Source: Trypethelium eluteriae | Taxonomy: Eukaryota | Direction of reading: 5' to 3' | Assembly (NCBI GenBank): GCA_051942245.1 | Contig: JAVECL010000120.1 | Span: forward strand, 1-49,453 | Length of the DNA: 49,453 nt | Part shown: in pieces, positions 11,142-23,064 of the stretch | How positions within the stretch are numbered: the stretch's first letter is position 1 | How the letters are laid out: each line of letters begins with the position of its first letter | Position numbers and translations under genes: made by a program | The notes under the pieces: generated by a model | Told to the model about the DNA's origin: nothing | Database searches by the model: none | The model's input: the letters and a program-made list of their open reading frames with translations, nothing else

Positions 11142-12949
11142 AGATCGAGGAAGACAGCACTTTAGATAGAGTTTCATGAATTACGAGGGCGGATGAGAGG
11201 ACGGCGTTGTTGAGTGATGCATGGCATGGGTTGTTGAGGATTCAGAGAGATGTGGGGCTGACCAATTGCTTTCCTTCGCTTGAAGGGCTGGTCCCACTCT
11301 GTCCCATTGGCGTCGTTTGTTTTAGGTTCATGATGTTGCATCTGCAAGTCATGCGAGATTTCCAGCGTTCAGAGACCTGGATAGGCAAGATAGAGTTAAT
11401 TCATTTCGGGACGATCCTCTAGAGGATCTTCCTTTTCGGTTGATTTGGAAGACCAGTCACCCAGTATCGAGCAGGCTAATTATATTCCGAGATCCACCAG
11501 GGGTATTGATGAGAGTCATGAGATTTGGCGGCATGCTGATCTGGATTTACGATCGCTAAATCTAAGTACTAATGTATCTCAAATACGTGTTTATTAAGTC
11601 CATATACTCACCGGATATTTCCGGGCTAACTTCTAGACTCAGCCATGCCCAACGTCGTACACGGAAGTAACCTTTTCGTATCTAACAAAAAGGAAAACTG
11701 AAAAAGGCGAAAAGAGATCGGCTGCTTCCGAAGTCGAGTACTGGGGCAGAGCTGAGACGGGCTGCGAAGAGATCTCGACCTCATTAGTTGCGCGTAGAAT
11801 AAATCTGTGTTGCTACATTACCCAACCTATCTTTACTCATTCCTCGGTTGACAGGAGGATGAGGATATCGCTGACACGTGCTTTGCGAGATCTTGGGATA
11901 GGATTAAGATTATCTTAATTTCTGTAAGGACTGAAACGATGTTCGAAAACTCGTGAAACGGATGGGATAAGGTTCCCAAACAGCGGGTAAGACCCCACCT
12001 GGGTGGTCGATCACGGCAAGGATGCAGTTGAAATACTTCGGATCAGGTGAGTCGATGTTGCTCTTCCCACTGTGGGCACCTGTCAAATGCGGGGAATAAT
12101 TAATGAAGAGATGAGGATGCCGTCTCCAGCAGGGGGATGATAACATGACATTCATGATGTACATAGATACGATGGGTAGACAATGACGGGGCGAATCTAC
12201 TGAGCAGTTCGTCCCTGACCCTGCATAATTAGCCCTTGGCACGGCTACCGCGGCCACAGGGGATTTGGCCAGGATGCGGCACCCGCTCTGGAAGATGTGC
12301 ACGACTAGACATGCCGGTCAGGCCGAAGATCATTTGGCAATCAATTGAAGGAGGTGAAGGCTTGCGGGGATGCAACCAGTTGCGGTTACCACCGAGTTGG
12401 AGGTCAGAAAATGGGGTGTTGAGGGCAGATTGATGGTGCTGATGATAACTCAGCCAGAGAGTGGATCCAGCGTCAACCCACATCCAGAGCACCCAGAAGG
12501 GCTTGAATAGGCTCCATTTCGCGCGCTGAAGTGGGCCGGGGCAAGCTGGGTTCCAAGAAACGGGATGTCCTGGGTTGCTTTTTTCGGGGCGAGGTACCCG
12601 GACAACCGTCATGGGTGCTGACGACGAGATGGGAGGGCTGGCTGAGGGCTTTGCGCGATGATTGGAGCAAATGAATTGCAAGCAAGACAATGGTTATCTC
12701 GGCCGCAATCTCTCCGCAGCGTCAGTACAATAATTAGGCTATGCTCGTGGACATGAAACAGGGCAGGCTCGGACAGAAGCGACAGAGGAGCAGAGCACCC
12801 AGACACCCAGAAGAGCACCAAGAGGAGCAATCTTCAGGGCACGCGGCGGCATTGGCTCAGGGGTAAAATGGGCAGTCCCATGGCTGGGCCTTGTGTACAG
12901 TGTGCAGAGTGCAGTGTGCAGGAGACGGCGACGGCCAAGGGCCAGGGCA

Positions 12950-12981
12950 GCACCATTGGCACCACTGGCACCACTGGCACT
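12950..12981. repeat. Short 9-bp tandem repeat (GCACCAYTG) x3.5, followed by the palindrome TAGTTAACTA
   Basis: Reads gcaccattg gcaccactg gcaccactg gcact, upstream of the gene starting at 13630. Confidence 0.6.
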
Positions 12982-13629
12982 AGTTAACTAAGGGCAAGGG
13001 TGTTCACTGTTGCGGTGGTTGCTATCTAGGCGGCGCGCACGGGCTCAGCTAATCCTTCGCTACCCGTCCGTCTGCTGCGAGTGCGAGAAACACCACAACC
13101 ACCCGACGCCCTCTCCTCGCCTCTTCCCCTCTCGTCATCTAAGCTCCTCTTCAAACCACCAAGGGCTCATTGTTGCCGGCTGGGACCTCTGCTCCTCGCC
13201 GCTGCTCTGAACCCGTCCACTCCTTTCGCCTGAGTCGTTCGTTCTGCTCTCTGCCCCTCTCTTCATTCGGTCAAGACTCTGCGAGATCTTGCACCCGCTG
13301 CCTGCAACAGGTACGACGCTTCACTGTGCTCGACAAACGCGCCACTTCACGAGGTTGCTCGGCCCTGCCCGGCCGGCGTGTGAAGCACAGCACATCTCTA
13401 ATCGCGTGTAGTTCGTTACATATTAATCCTCGTCCCTCGCTTTCTTTCGCTCGCCTTTGTACGACTAATTTAACGACGTCTGCATCTACCCTCGCCAACA
13501 CGGCCGTGTACCGACGGATGCTGAATCTCACACCTTCGCGTCTCTCGCGTGGACCCCGAGGAGTCTCGTGTCCTACTTCATCTCGGTCACCCGCGTTTTG
13601 ACAGCTGCAGAGCCTATCAGAAAATCACC

Positions 13630-16464
13630 ATGGCAGACGCTGCAGTCATTCCCCAAGATGCTAGTATCGTCATGGAAGCCATCAGCTCCACATCCGCTCC
13701 AAGTCCGACGTTACAAGTTGAGCCTCTTCCTAATCCTCCCTTCGTCTTCCCACCTCCATCTGAACCGACACTTCTACCAAAAACGGGGACCGAGACGAGC
13801 AACAAGAGACCCGCCTCCATGCAACTGAGTCCCGAAGGACGGCACGCCTCCAATGCATTTCAGCGCCAGTCTATTAGTGCGTTGCCCGAATTTTCTTTCA
13901 ACCCAGCCGCAGCCACACAGTCTAGGAAAACTTCTGCAACTCCACCGGCTTCACCTACTCTCAGCAGCCCTGCGACACCTTCGAGGAATGGAGGTCACAG
14001 GCGGCGGGGAAGTGAGTTTATTGGCGGAGATGGAAAAACTGGAGGGCAGACCGTCATCAGCTCAAGCCCAGTGAAAGACAGCGGGGGCCTGTTCCCTCCC
14101 GGATCTCCCAATAAGTCCGGCCCTACGGGTCGAGCTCGGCACGCTCACCGTCGTTCAGCAGCACTATCCTCACATGATCTTTCTAATATTATGCAGCCTG
14201 CAGCTTCAACTCCATCTCTACAACAATCAAGCGCACCCACTACTCCTTCTCTTACAGAGATGCCACCAAAAGTTGTAGAGCGTCGTGCTTCACAGCCTGC
14301 TTTTTCTTCCAAGTCTGCCGAGGAGAAACTCAAAATCGAGAAAGAGGAATCACCGCCTCCAAGGCCAACTTCTCGTGCTCGGGTCGGATTTTCAGATACC
14401 GTTGAATTCATACCGAGACCGTTGTCCACAATTTCCTCCGAAACAGAGAGCTCAATATCCACGGTGAGAGGTCATTCGGTCTCCGGAAGTATTTCATCCG
14501 TCATAAGCTCTAGCACAGCCAGTCCACAATCGGCACGAAGAGGACGCACTTCACTATCGACCACTTTTGAGCACGAGCAGTCTCGGCCAAAGTCTGCTGG
14601 GAACATGACGAGTGCTACTGATGTAGATGTATTTGCACCTCAAAGTCCCATTAGACGCCCAGCATCTTTTTCGTCTACCAACAACCCGATGTTTCCGTCG
14701 ATTTCGGGCGTTCGTCAAGAGAAACAGCCTCAGCCAAAGAAAAAGGGTCTCTTTGGTATTGACCTCCACCGAAGCGGGCCTGACTTGCCAAAAGCACCTG
14801 AAAGTCCAACGTACAGAAACCCTCGTCCTTCGAGATCTGATTGGTCTAAATTCGGTGACTCCGAGAATATTTCAGCGGAAGATTGGCGTTCTATAACGGA
14901 AGCTCGACGCACCTCGCCCCAGAAGAAACACACTGGCAAGCCTCGGAAAGTCAAATCGTGGGCTAACTCCATTGTGCCGAAGAAGTCGAAAGCACGTGGC
15001 GACAAATATGCTCCTTTGAGCCGTAGACCTCCAACACCCTCCCATGAGAACGTGCCGCCCTCTCCCACAGTCTCAGAGCCTAAAGATCTCGGTAGCGTCT
15101 CGTTCGAAGGTGATTTCAATCCCGAACAGGCCGTGACAATCGTATCAGAGCCCGAGCCACAACCCACGGAACACCAGCGTTTTGACCTTGCATCCTGGAA
15201 GCCGAGAAAGAGTCCATCACCGGAAGGCTCCGAGGCTATCAGCCCTGTCATAGATCTCGATGCCGCTCTCGGTCCCTTTGGTTCCCAGGCGTCACCTACG
15301 CGTAACGCTGGTCCAGCTCGACGGAGACTGCACAGTAGCCGTTTGACACGCGACTTTGTAGGCCCGGGAATGCATTACCACAGACGTGCAGAAAGTGCTC
15401 CAGAATTGGCGCCGTTTGAACAAGATTACAGTGACAGAGGTAGTAACTCTGGTATGGCCGATGTCTTCGAAGAGGAAGAGGAGGACGACGACGAAGATGT
15501 ACAAGCCTTTTCCAGTGGAGCACCATCTCCAGCGATTGAGCCCGGACCAAGTCAGTCGGAGGAAGAACTCGCGGGAATTGGGATACAAGTTGTGGATGCA
15601 GATCAGCCATACGGAGGGACGGTCATGGACTGGGGCGTTGATGGCCTCGGCCTGCGACCAAGCAGTGCGTCTCGCGAGCCGTCGACAGGCCACTCGACAC
15701 CAACACAAACTCTGCTCTCTTCTGAGAACCTTCACCGTCACCAACGATCATCCTCGCTCATTTCGGAGACAATACTGGAGGAAGTAAGTCCTGTTGAAGT
15801 TGTCGAGGATCATGAGGAGCCCAGGGATTCTTCGCAGCCAAGATCTTCTGACTCAACTGTCACCTCCTTGTTAAACACAACTCTACCAAAAGAACCCCAA
15901 TCTCGAATGGTAGTGCCTCCTCTGCAATTATCTCAACCGACACTCAGAACTCCAGCTTCATTCACGGAATCCTCTCTTTCTTCTCCCGGGTTGACTCCAA
16001 GTCGGAGCTCATTCGAGACTCCTCGCCTAGGCACCGCAACCTCATCGGTGACTGGCAGCTACAGAAGCAGTTCATTTGCCTTTGCCGAACCCCCTCCAAT
16101 CCGACAATCTATTGAGGACGTACCGTCATTAACTAGCAGCAGATCCACAATGACGAGTGCTGTGCAGCCACAGCATGCTGCAGGCATCAGCTGTCGAACC
16201 CTAGGCGACCGGTCTCGATCAAGCTTCACGCCTTCAGAGGATTCGGCAGCTGCGCGACGGCGTAAGAGATCTAGCATTGCCAGCCTTTCCAGGCTCGTTG
16301 GCGGGTCTTTTGGGGAAAGGAGCAAACTTTCTATCGAACAGCGACCTCAGACAGAGGGCGATGATACTATCTCTTCACAGGAAGCAAAGCAAAAGAAGAA
16401 GAAAGAGAATCGTCTCAGCAGGATGATGCACTTTTGGAAGTCCAGAAACTCTACCCACTCTTGA
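13630..16464 (+). CDS. Conserved fungal S/P-rich low-complexity protein (family usually labelled cell wall proline-rich protein), probably intracellular
   Basis: 944-aa ORF from ATG 13630 (context CACCATGG). Conserved-looking islands HRRRGSEFIGG, HAHRRSAALS, ARVGFSDTVEFIPRP, SPVIDLDAALGPF and HYHRRAESAP. No signal peptide. Confidence 0.8.
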   Translation: MADAAVIPQDASIVMEAISSTSAPSPTLQVEPLPNPPFVFPPPSEPTLLPKTGTETSNKRPASMQLSPEGRHASNAFQRQSISALPEFSFNPAAATQSRKTSATPPASPTLSSPATPSRNGGHRRRGSEFIGGDGKTGGQTVISSSPVKDSGGLFPPGSPNKSGPTGRARHAHRRSAALSSHDLSNIMQPAASTPSLQQSSAPTTPSLTEMPPKVVERRASQPAFSSKSAEEKLKIEKEESPPPRPTSRARVGFSDTVEFIPRPLSTISSETESSISTVRGHSVSGSISSVISSSTASPQSARRGRTSLSTTFEHEQSRPKSAGNMTSATDVDVFAPQSPIRRPASFSSTNNPMFPSISGVRQEKQPQPKKKGLFGIDLHRSGPDLPKAPESPTYRNPRPSRSDWSKFGDSENISAEDWRSITEARRTSPQKKHTGKPRKVKSWANSIVPKKSKARGDKYAPLSRRPPTPSHENVPPSPTVSEPKDLGSVSFEGDFNPEQAVTIVSEPEPQPTEHQRFDLASWKPRKSPSPEGSEAISPVIDLDAALGPFGSQASPTRNAGPARRRLHSSRLTRDFVGPGMHYHRRAESAPELAPFEQDYSDRGSNSGMADVFEEEEEDDDEDVQAFSSGAPSPAIEPGPSQSEEELAGIGIQVVDADQPYGGTVMDWGVDGLGLRPSSASREPSTGHSTPTQTLLSSENLHRHQRSSSLISETILEEVSPVEVVEDHEEPRDSSQPRSSDSTVTSLLNTTLPKEPQSRMVVPPLQLSQPTLRTPASFTESSLSSPGLTPSRSSFETPRLGTATSSVTGSYRSSSFAFAEPPPIRQSIEDVPSLTSSRSTMTSAVQPQHAAGISCRTLGDRSRSSFTPSEDSAAARRRKRSSIASLSRLVGGSFGERSKLSIEQRPQTEGDDTISSQEAKQKKKKENRLSRMMHFWKSRNSTHS

Positions 16465-18868
16465 TCGCGCCGCCCTTCCTTTAGTACGACTTCCAATCCC
16501 GAATTTCTGACGTGGTCTTTGCCATGTCAGCACCGCACGCGTCTTTACACACGACATTACCCCTGAACCCACGGAATATTTTATTATTTTCATGTCGCCT
16601 TCGCAGGCTTACTCGTTTTACGATTCGATTTGCAGGATGATCTGATGGATCTAGGGCACGGTGGTGTTTCGCTTCTTCTCATGACGTGAACCTTATAAGA
16701 GGTACGATCAATCTTTCTAATGACGGCTTTGATGGGAGGATCGGGTGGGCAGGTCCAAGGGGTTTACGGGCTTCGTCTGCAAGTCGGGGTTGGGGGACAC
16801 TCCGCAGCATCTAGCGCTCTGATTTCTTTTTATTGCATGGCGAGATCTTTCGCATACAGAGAATCTTTTCTCGAATGGGTTCCTTTTTCTACCACCTACA
16901 CATTTACGGGTCTCCTATAGATCCCGAGCCAGGCAACCAGCTGCTTTTTTAACTCGCCTCACGTACATTTCTACCGCCCCTGTTGGGTACTTGGGTAGTG
17001 TAAAACTACGTAGCTTACCGCGTTATCGAATGAATTGGCTGTCACAATGTGTGCAGCCTAAAAGTCAAACACTGTTTTCTGATCGTGATATTTGGATATG
17101 TGAATGTTGAACACCGCTAAAGTCTCTTACCTCGCTCCTGAACAGAAGAGCATAGGCCTTGAAATTTGATCTATGCAACACGAGGCTGAAATACGTGAGA
17201 CAATTACGAGGCTTACCGCTGCTGTGTTATCTCTTAGTAATGTCTCAGATTAGGTTGTCTTACCTTGCCCCATAATTCGACCTCTCATTGTAGAAGCTTT
17301 GTGCTGCGTTCTCGGATTCCAATTTCTTATTGTCGTCGTCCATGCCGTAGGTTACGCATAGTATCCCAATCTATGCGGAATCAGCCTTCGATATACTCAT
17401 GTATCATGCATCCATACGATATCATCAAAAACCTAAGTGATATGCTTACTGTCCCCGGGGGTTTCAAGACAAGGTGGCAAGGCAAGGGATAGGGCTACTG
17501 GCATTTTCCATGCTCTCTGTCAATCTCACAACCACGAGAAGCTCCCGAGCAAGTGTGGACAGATGGGGCTCCAGCATACCGAGGACGGATCGCTTAAGGT
17601 ATTCCATCTAGACCTCTAAGAAAGCAAGGTTAATCATGGCTTTTAAACTTCGGCTTAAGCGCAGCCAACCTAAAATTCAGTCTCATCAACTCTGGAGCCG
17701 CAGGCCATCAGACTGTGCCGCTGACCGCATTTTTCCGGGAAGGCGTGCTCTTAGCAATTCTTTCAGAAACCAGTTCGAGGAAGTGTTTCTTTGTCGTCTT
17801 GAATATCGAGGTGAACAATACTGCGGGTTTGGCGGCTCAGGGACAGGTAGAGTGTACCGGGGATAAAGGTGGAGTGGGCACGGATTCGACGGTCATTGAT
17901 GAGTTTTGGGGTGTCACGGCTCAGTGCTAATTGAAATCTGAGAGTTCGGGTTGGATGCCATTTAGATCATGAATAGATGGGAAGAAAAGGTCACAGGAAA
18001 GGGCAGGCCAGAATTCTTGACGTTTGTGCGGTTGTGGGCAGAGCAAGCATCGATCCTTTAACGAAGGAGGCTGAAGCGTTAAATCACATTCACAGAAATC
18101 TCCAGTTCCTTTCCTGATTATCTTTGCGAAGGAGATAGCGTTGACCGTTGCAAAGAAAAACACAATGCTGTACTCTTATTGGACACTCACTGATTGTACA
18201 TCGTTCGTGGTGGAGCAGTAAAAGTCAACCCGCCTGCCTATAGAATACAAGACGTAACCGGTCTTTCTCCGCGCGCCAGTGTTTACTTTACGTGCATTCG
18301 CTGCTTAGAATTCCTATCGGATTTGTGTAACCGATCTCCATCAGAAATGAGGGATATCTTATCTCTCGGTGCGTCTTGATGCAAGCATATTATATCATCG
18401 TTGAATTTTAATTTCCACAATGCTCGTTGGAGATCCGTTGTCATGAGAAGACAGCATGTCCACGAGGTTTTTAGCGTTTCGATCAACGAGTCAAAGCACA
18501 GTATCTTCCGCGGCATTACGGAGTAGTAGAAGGGACGTAAGCCTTGCGAGCATCTCCCAGAAATCCAAGGGTCAAGCCATCAACCTGGCCCAGAACGTGA
18601 GAACTCAAACCATTCATCTTTCTCCGAAGGCCAATCTATCCTCTGCAAAGCTATTGATTGTCGGAACCGTTGATGCACTCCAAAAGCGCTGCGATCTCAA
18701 CCAACACTACCTTCATTCCAAGATTCAAAGTGTTTCAGGCCAAAGTCATTATCAGGGACAATGCTGCAAGGAATCTGTGACAAGTTCCAGAAAGACGTCA
18801 TTCTCGTGATGAAGGCCAAGGATTCCCCAGTAGGCGTTTCACTTCATCACGATCTCATGAGAAATAGC

Positions 18869-19228
18869 TCACGTCCCCTCGACCTCGATTTTGGTAATGT
18901 GCTGTCCAGGAACCACGACCAGACCGACAAATCGCGGTGGCATTGCCAGTTTCAGGGAATCACTTCCTCCCTGTTCGGCTGCCGAAGCTGCTTGCTGGAC
19001 TGCAGCTTGAGATGGCTTGCGGTACTCTTGGGTAGTTGCCAATATTATGTTTGTGTCCTATCGCCACCGTTATCATCCTGAAAGCATTTGCAAGCGATAC
19101 GAGGCTGAGACGCGTGCCTTATCAGTGCATTTGAATTGGCCGATGAAGAATCTACCGTCGGATATCTCGATGCGCAATGTCTTGTTAAGCAATGAGGTGA
19201 GAAATTCCACCTCACTTTCGTTTCCCAT
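18869..19228 (-). CDS. MAK31: Sm/LSM-fold protein, NatC auxiliary subunit Mak31/Naa38-like, about 99 aa
   Basis: Exon 1 (19228..19118): LTSLLNKTLRIEISDGRFFIGQFKCTDK, Sm1 motif. Intron 19117..19058. Exon 2 (19057..18869): DTNIILATTQEYR...RFVGLVVVPGQHITKIEVE, Sm2 motif. Confidence 0.85.
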
Positions 19229-19963
19229 TACAGAGAGTTTCCCGCTTGCTTGTGGGTGCAGTGGGTCAGAGTTCGATGGTGTCAATGATTGTGAGAGCGC
19301 CTAATGCTACAATGCATAAACAAGCATAATGACAAATGAAGTCTCCTGACAGGGATACGGACCGAAACGTCTATACGTCATTCAGCGTGGCTGTGTGCAT
19401 CACTGCACCACCTGCGAGCGAGAGATTTCTGGATGGAGTTGGGTGCAGAGGGGTGCGGCTCCAGTGTTTCGGCAAGATTTGGTCGTTGGCAAATGGTGAA
19501 ATGTTGAAATTAAGCCACCAGGATTTCCGGCGCTCGTTAATAATTAGGTGATCCATCCAGGGCCATTCAATGCTCGATTGGACCACATGGTCGAGATCCT
19601 GCCGGGAACCCGTCCGTTGGCTCGAAGCCAAGCGAACCGGAGGCGAGCTCCATCCCTTGTCATCCCTGCCACCCCTGCAGCTTCCCCTTTCTCTCAAACA
19701 TGACCTCCAAAGCATTCCTTCCCTTTCCCACTCTCTCAAAACATCACGTCCATCGTTACTGCAACATTCGGTCGCTTCTCCCTCTCTCCTCCTACGTCTA
19801 TCTAATTGCCTCTTTCTCTGGCAGTCTCTCACTCTCTTGAGACTCCAAAACAAACCCTTTTTTGTATTTATCTATCTCCGCCTTCGCTCAACCACTGCCC
19901 CATCCGTTTGCTTGTAGAACCAGGGACTAGATTATTGCTTCTAATACCGCGCGACTATCCACC

Positions 19964-21451
19964 ATGAAGACTTCGACGACTATCCTCGCTGCTTCGACGG
20001 CCACAGCTGTGCTCGCTGGCCCAACTCAGCAGCTTGTTCCCCGAGCATCATCCACCGGCAGCGCGTCGGTGCCAACCGTTACTGTCAAGGGCAACGCCTT
20101 CTACGCTGGCCAGGATCGGTTTTACATTCGTGGTGTCGATTATCAACCAGGTAGGTCCACGACTTTCAACAATCCACAATTTTCTAGTAACAAATACTGA
20201 CTATGCATCAGGTGGCTCCTCTCAAGTCTCCGACCCCATCGCTGACGAGAATGGCTGCAACCGTGACATTTCTGAGTTCCAGAAGCTCGGAATTAACACT
20301 GTTCGTGTGTACACTGTTGACAACACTGCCAATCACGATGCGTGCATGAACGCTCTCGCAAAAGCCGGCATTTACCTTGCTTTGGACGTCAACACGCCCA
20401 AGTACTCTCTCAACCGGGCTGAGCCGAAAGAATCCTACAACGATGTTTATCTTCAAAATATCTTTGCTACCATTGACGCCTTTGCCAAATATAGCAACAC
20501 TCTGCTTTTCTTCTCTGGTAACGAAGTTATCAACTCTGATAATACTACCACGGCTGCTCCCTATGTCAAAGCCGTCACTCGTGACATGAAACAGTACATT
20601 GGAAGCCAGGGCTACCGTTCTATCCCTGTTGGCTACTCTGCTGCCGATGTTGACTCAAACCGTTATGAGATGGCTACCTACATGAACTGCGGTACCGACG
20701 ACCAACGCAGCGATTTCTTTGCTTTCAACGACTACTCATGGTGCGACCCTTCGTCTTTCCAACAGTCTGGGTGGTCTGCGAAGGTGCAGCAATACTCCAA
20801 CTACAGCATTCCTCTCTTGTAAGCTCCATCCCTCGTTCCGTCTGTCCAAATCTCAACTAACATACTTTGTCTAGCCTCTCTGAATACGGCTGCATTACCA
20901 ACGGCCGCCAATTCCAAGAGGTCGCTTCCCTCTACAGTACTCAGATGACCAACGTCTACAGTGGCGGTCTCGTCTACGAGTACTCTCAAGAGGGCAACGG
21001 CTACGGTCTTGTCACCCTCAATGGTAACAGCGTCTCCGAGGACAAGGACTTCTCTGCCCTCCAGGCTGCTTACAAGAAGACCCCGAACCCCAGCGGCGAC
21101 GGTGGTGCCACATCCAATGGCGCCGCCTCGTCTTGCCCTGCCCAGAGCTCTACCTGGGACGTCTCGAACGATGCCCTCCCGGCCATTCCTGTGCCAGCTG
21201 AGAAGTTCATGACCCAGGGTGCTGGTAAAGGTCAGGGTCTCGGTGGTTCCGGCTCTCAGGATGCCGGTACGGGAAGCTCTGGTACTGCCACTGCTGGATC
21301 TGGTGCCGTGACTGCGACATCCGCAAACAAAGGCGCCTCAAACAGTGGATCGGCTGCTTCAAGCGTGATGGTGCCATCAATGAGCCTCGCTTCCTTGCTT
21401 CCCGTCGCTGTCGTCTTCTTCTCGACTCTGGCCGGCGCTGCCCTCTTGTAG
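19964..21451 (+). CDS. gel1: GPI-anchored beta-1,3-glucanosyltransferase, GH72, Gel1/Gas5 type without the X8/CBM43 domain
   Basis: Signal peptide and FYIRGVDYQPGG; catalytic motifs FSGNEV and LSEYGC; introns 20151-20211 and 20819-20874; S/T/G-rich tail and hydrophobic GPI signal. Confidence 0.95.
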
Positions 21452-22135
21452 AGCTGAGGAGGCCTTGAGTCCGTCGTTCTGGAGTCTTTGGGTCCGCAAT
21501 TGGAAGCATGTTGGACTGGAGGATCTCGCGTCCGGCTTGTCGGTTGCTCGCATAATGTACCAGCGGCATCTGAAGTAGGCATGGACAATGTCAATCATAA
21601 TCACAAGGATCATAGGGTCACGTCGATACCCCATGAATTCTGCTTTCTGTCTCTTTCTGCACGCTCGTTTTCCTGCTCTTGCTCGGGAGCAATATTTAGA
21701 GGGTGTTTGTATACTTTTTGGAAGAAGAACAACTGGGCTTGTGACGATGTTGTATATATAGAATACATCTAGCAATTTCAGAAACAAAGCATCAGATACT
21801 ACTCATCTGACCATCTCACAAACCGGGATCCAGATTAGTGACACTTGAGCTAGAAAAAATCATGCTCATGTATCGTGTGGTAGTCCAAGGCGCAGACGAG
21901 AAAATATCCTCCTTAAGCGCCACGAACGCCTGCATCAATTCGTACCTCAGATAGCTAGCTACCCGGAATGTTGAGCAGAGTCAGGACCTGCAATGTCTCA
22001 ATTGTTACCTTTGATGGCCTATTGCGAAGCGTTCCCAGTGATTGGGCTATATCTACAGAAGCACAAAGACGACTCGCTATCGACATTATTTTTCCAATGA
22101 CTACACAATCAAAATGGCCCTCTGACTATCGAGGC

Positions 22136-22373
22136 TCTTTGGCGTGCTAGGAAATGTCCGATTTTGACGCCTCCGCATGCGCACTCTCGCCTCTCATCTC
22201 ACGTAATCTTGGTGCTTTAATGCAGTAAACAACCTTTCTCTGCCTTTAGGAGAGCAAGAAAATATCAATAATTGTGTAGATAATGTCCAGATAGAGCTAC
22301 AGAGAGGTAGTTGTGGATGGGGTGGGTAGCTAAATGAGGTGTCAAAATCGGACATTTCCTAGCGCGCCGAAGA
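22136..22373. mobile_element. MITE-like non-autonomous element, about 238 bp, with 38-bp terminal inverted repeats
   Basis: 22136-22173 (TCTTTGGCGTGCTAGGAAATGTCCGATTTTGACGCCTC) matches the reverse complement of 22336-22373 at 35/38 positions. Flanked by TCGAGGC and CCGAGGC, a possible 7-bp target-site duplication. Confidence 0.7.
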
Positions 22374-23064
22374 CCGAGGCATTGCTACCGCCAGGGGTTC
22401 TCAGTGATCTTGTTTTTTTCCACTCACGGTACATGACCACGGAGCGACTGGGTGCACAGCAACTTTAGCGCCTCCAGAGAGGATGATCTCGGTAATTGAC
22501 CTCGACCAAAGTCTAGAAAGAAAATTGAGTGCTCCTTGCTTTTGGGGCTTGCCACACCAATACTGAATTGAGACTGCAAAACGATCAACCGTTCTTTAGA
22601 TGTCTTTTTCTTGGATATGGTACTAACCCATGGATTGTCCGCTTGGTTTCCATCTCACATCTTGCACTTACTTGATGCACGAAACGGCTTTGCTACTTGA
22701 ATTGTAATTTCCTCTGTAGCCTAGCATTTTCTGTCCCATGCGTTATCGGAAGTACAAGGATGAGACTAATGGTCCTTGAGCCAAGAACAGGACTTGACTT
22801 TGCTATCATAAAGTCCTCATGTGTACGCGTCATTTTGAGGCCTCAGATGTTCAATCTCCCTTCCACTCGATCGCCTAGACCCAGTAAAAATACTTCTCAA
22901 TAGCAGAATGAACCGTGTACCTAATGGTTGAATAAGGTAAGGGTGACGAGGCGGAGAGGGAACAATGACGGGAGGGGACCTGCGGCAGGACTGGGAAAAA
23001 GATGCCCCACCATAAAATATCACGACCCGTCGCGTTCACTTCCACTCCAACTCTGACCAGAACA

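Noticed and set aside
13549..13629. GTG-initiated N-terminal extension of the S/P-rich protein
   Set aside because: It probably overlaps a 5'-UTR intron (donor near 13311, acceptor near 13604-13610). The ATG at 13630 has strong Kozak context.
16700..18850. Several short ORFs between the S/P-rich gene and the Mak31-like gene
   Set aside because: Frequent stops in the frames I read, no domain similarity and no coherent exon chain.
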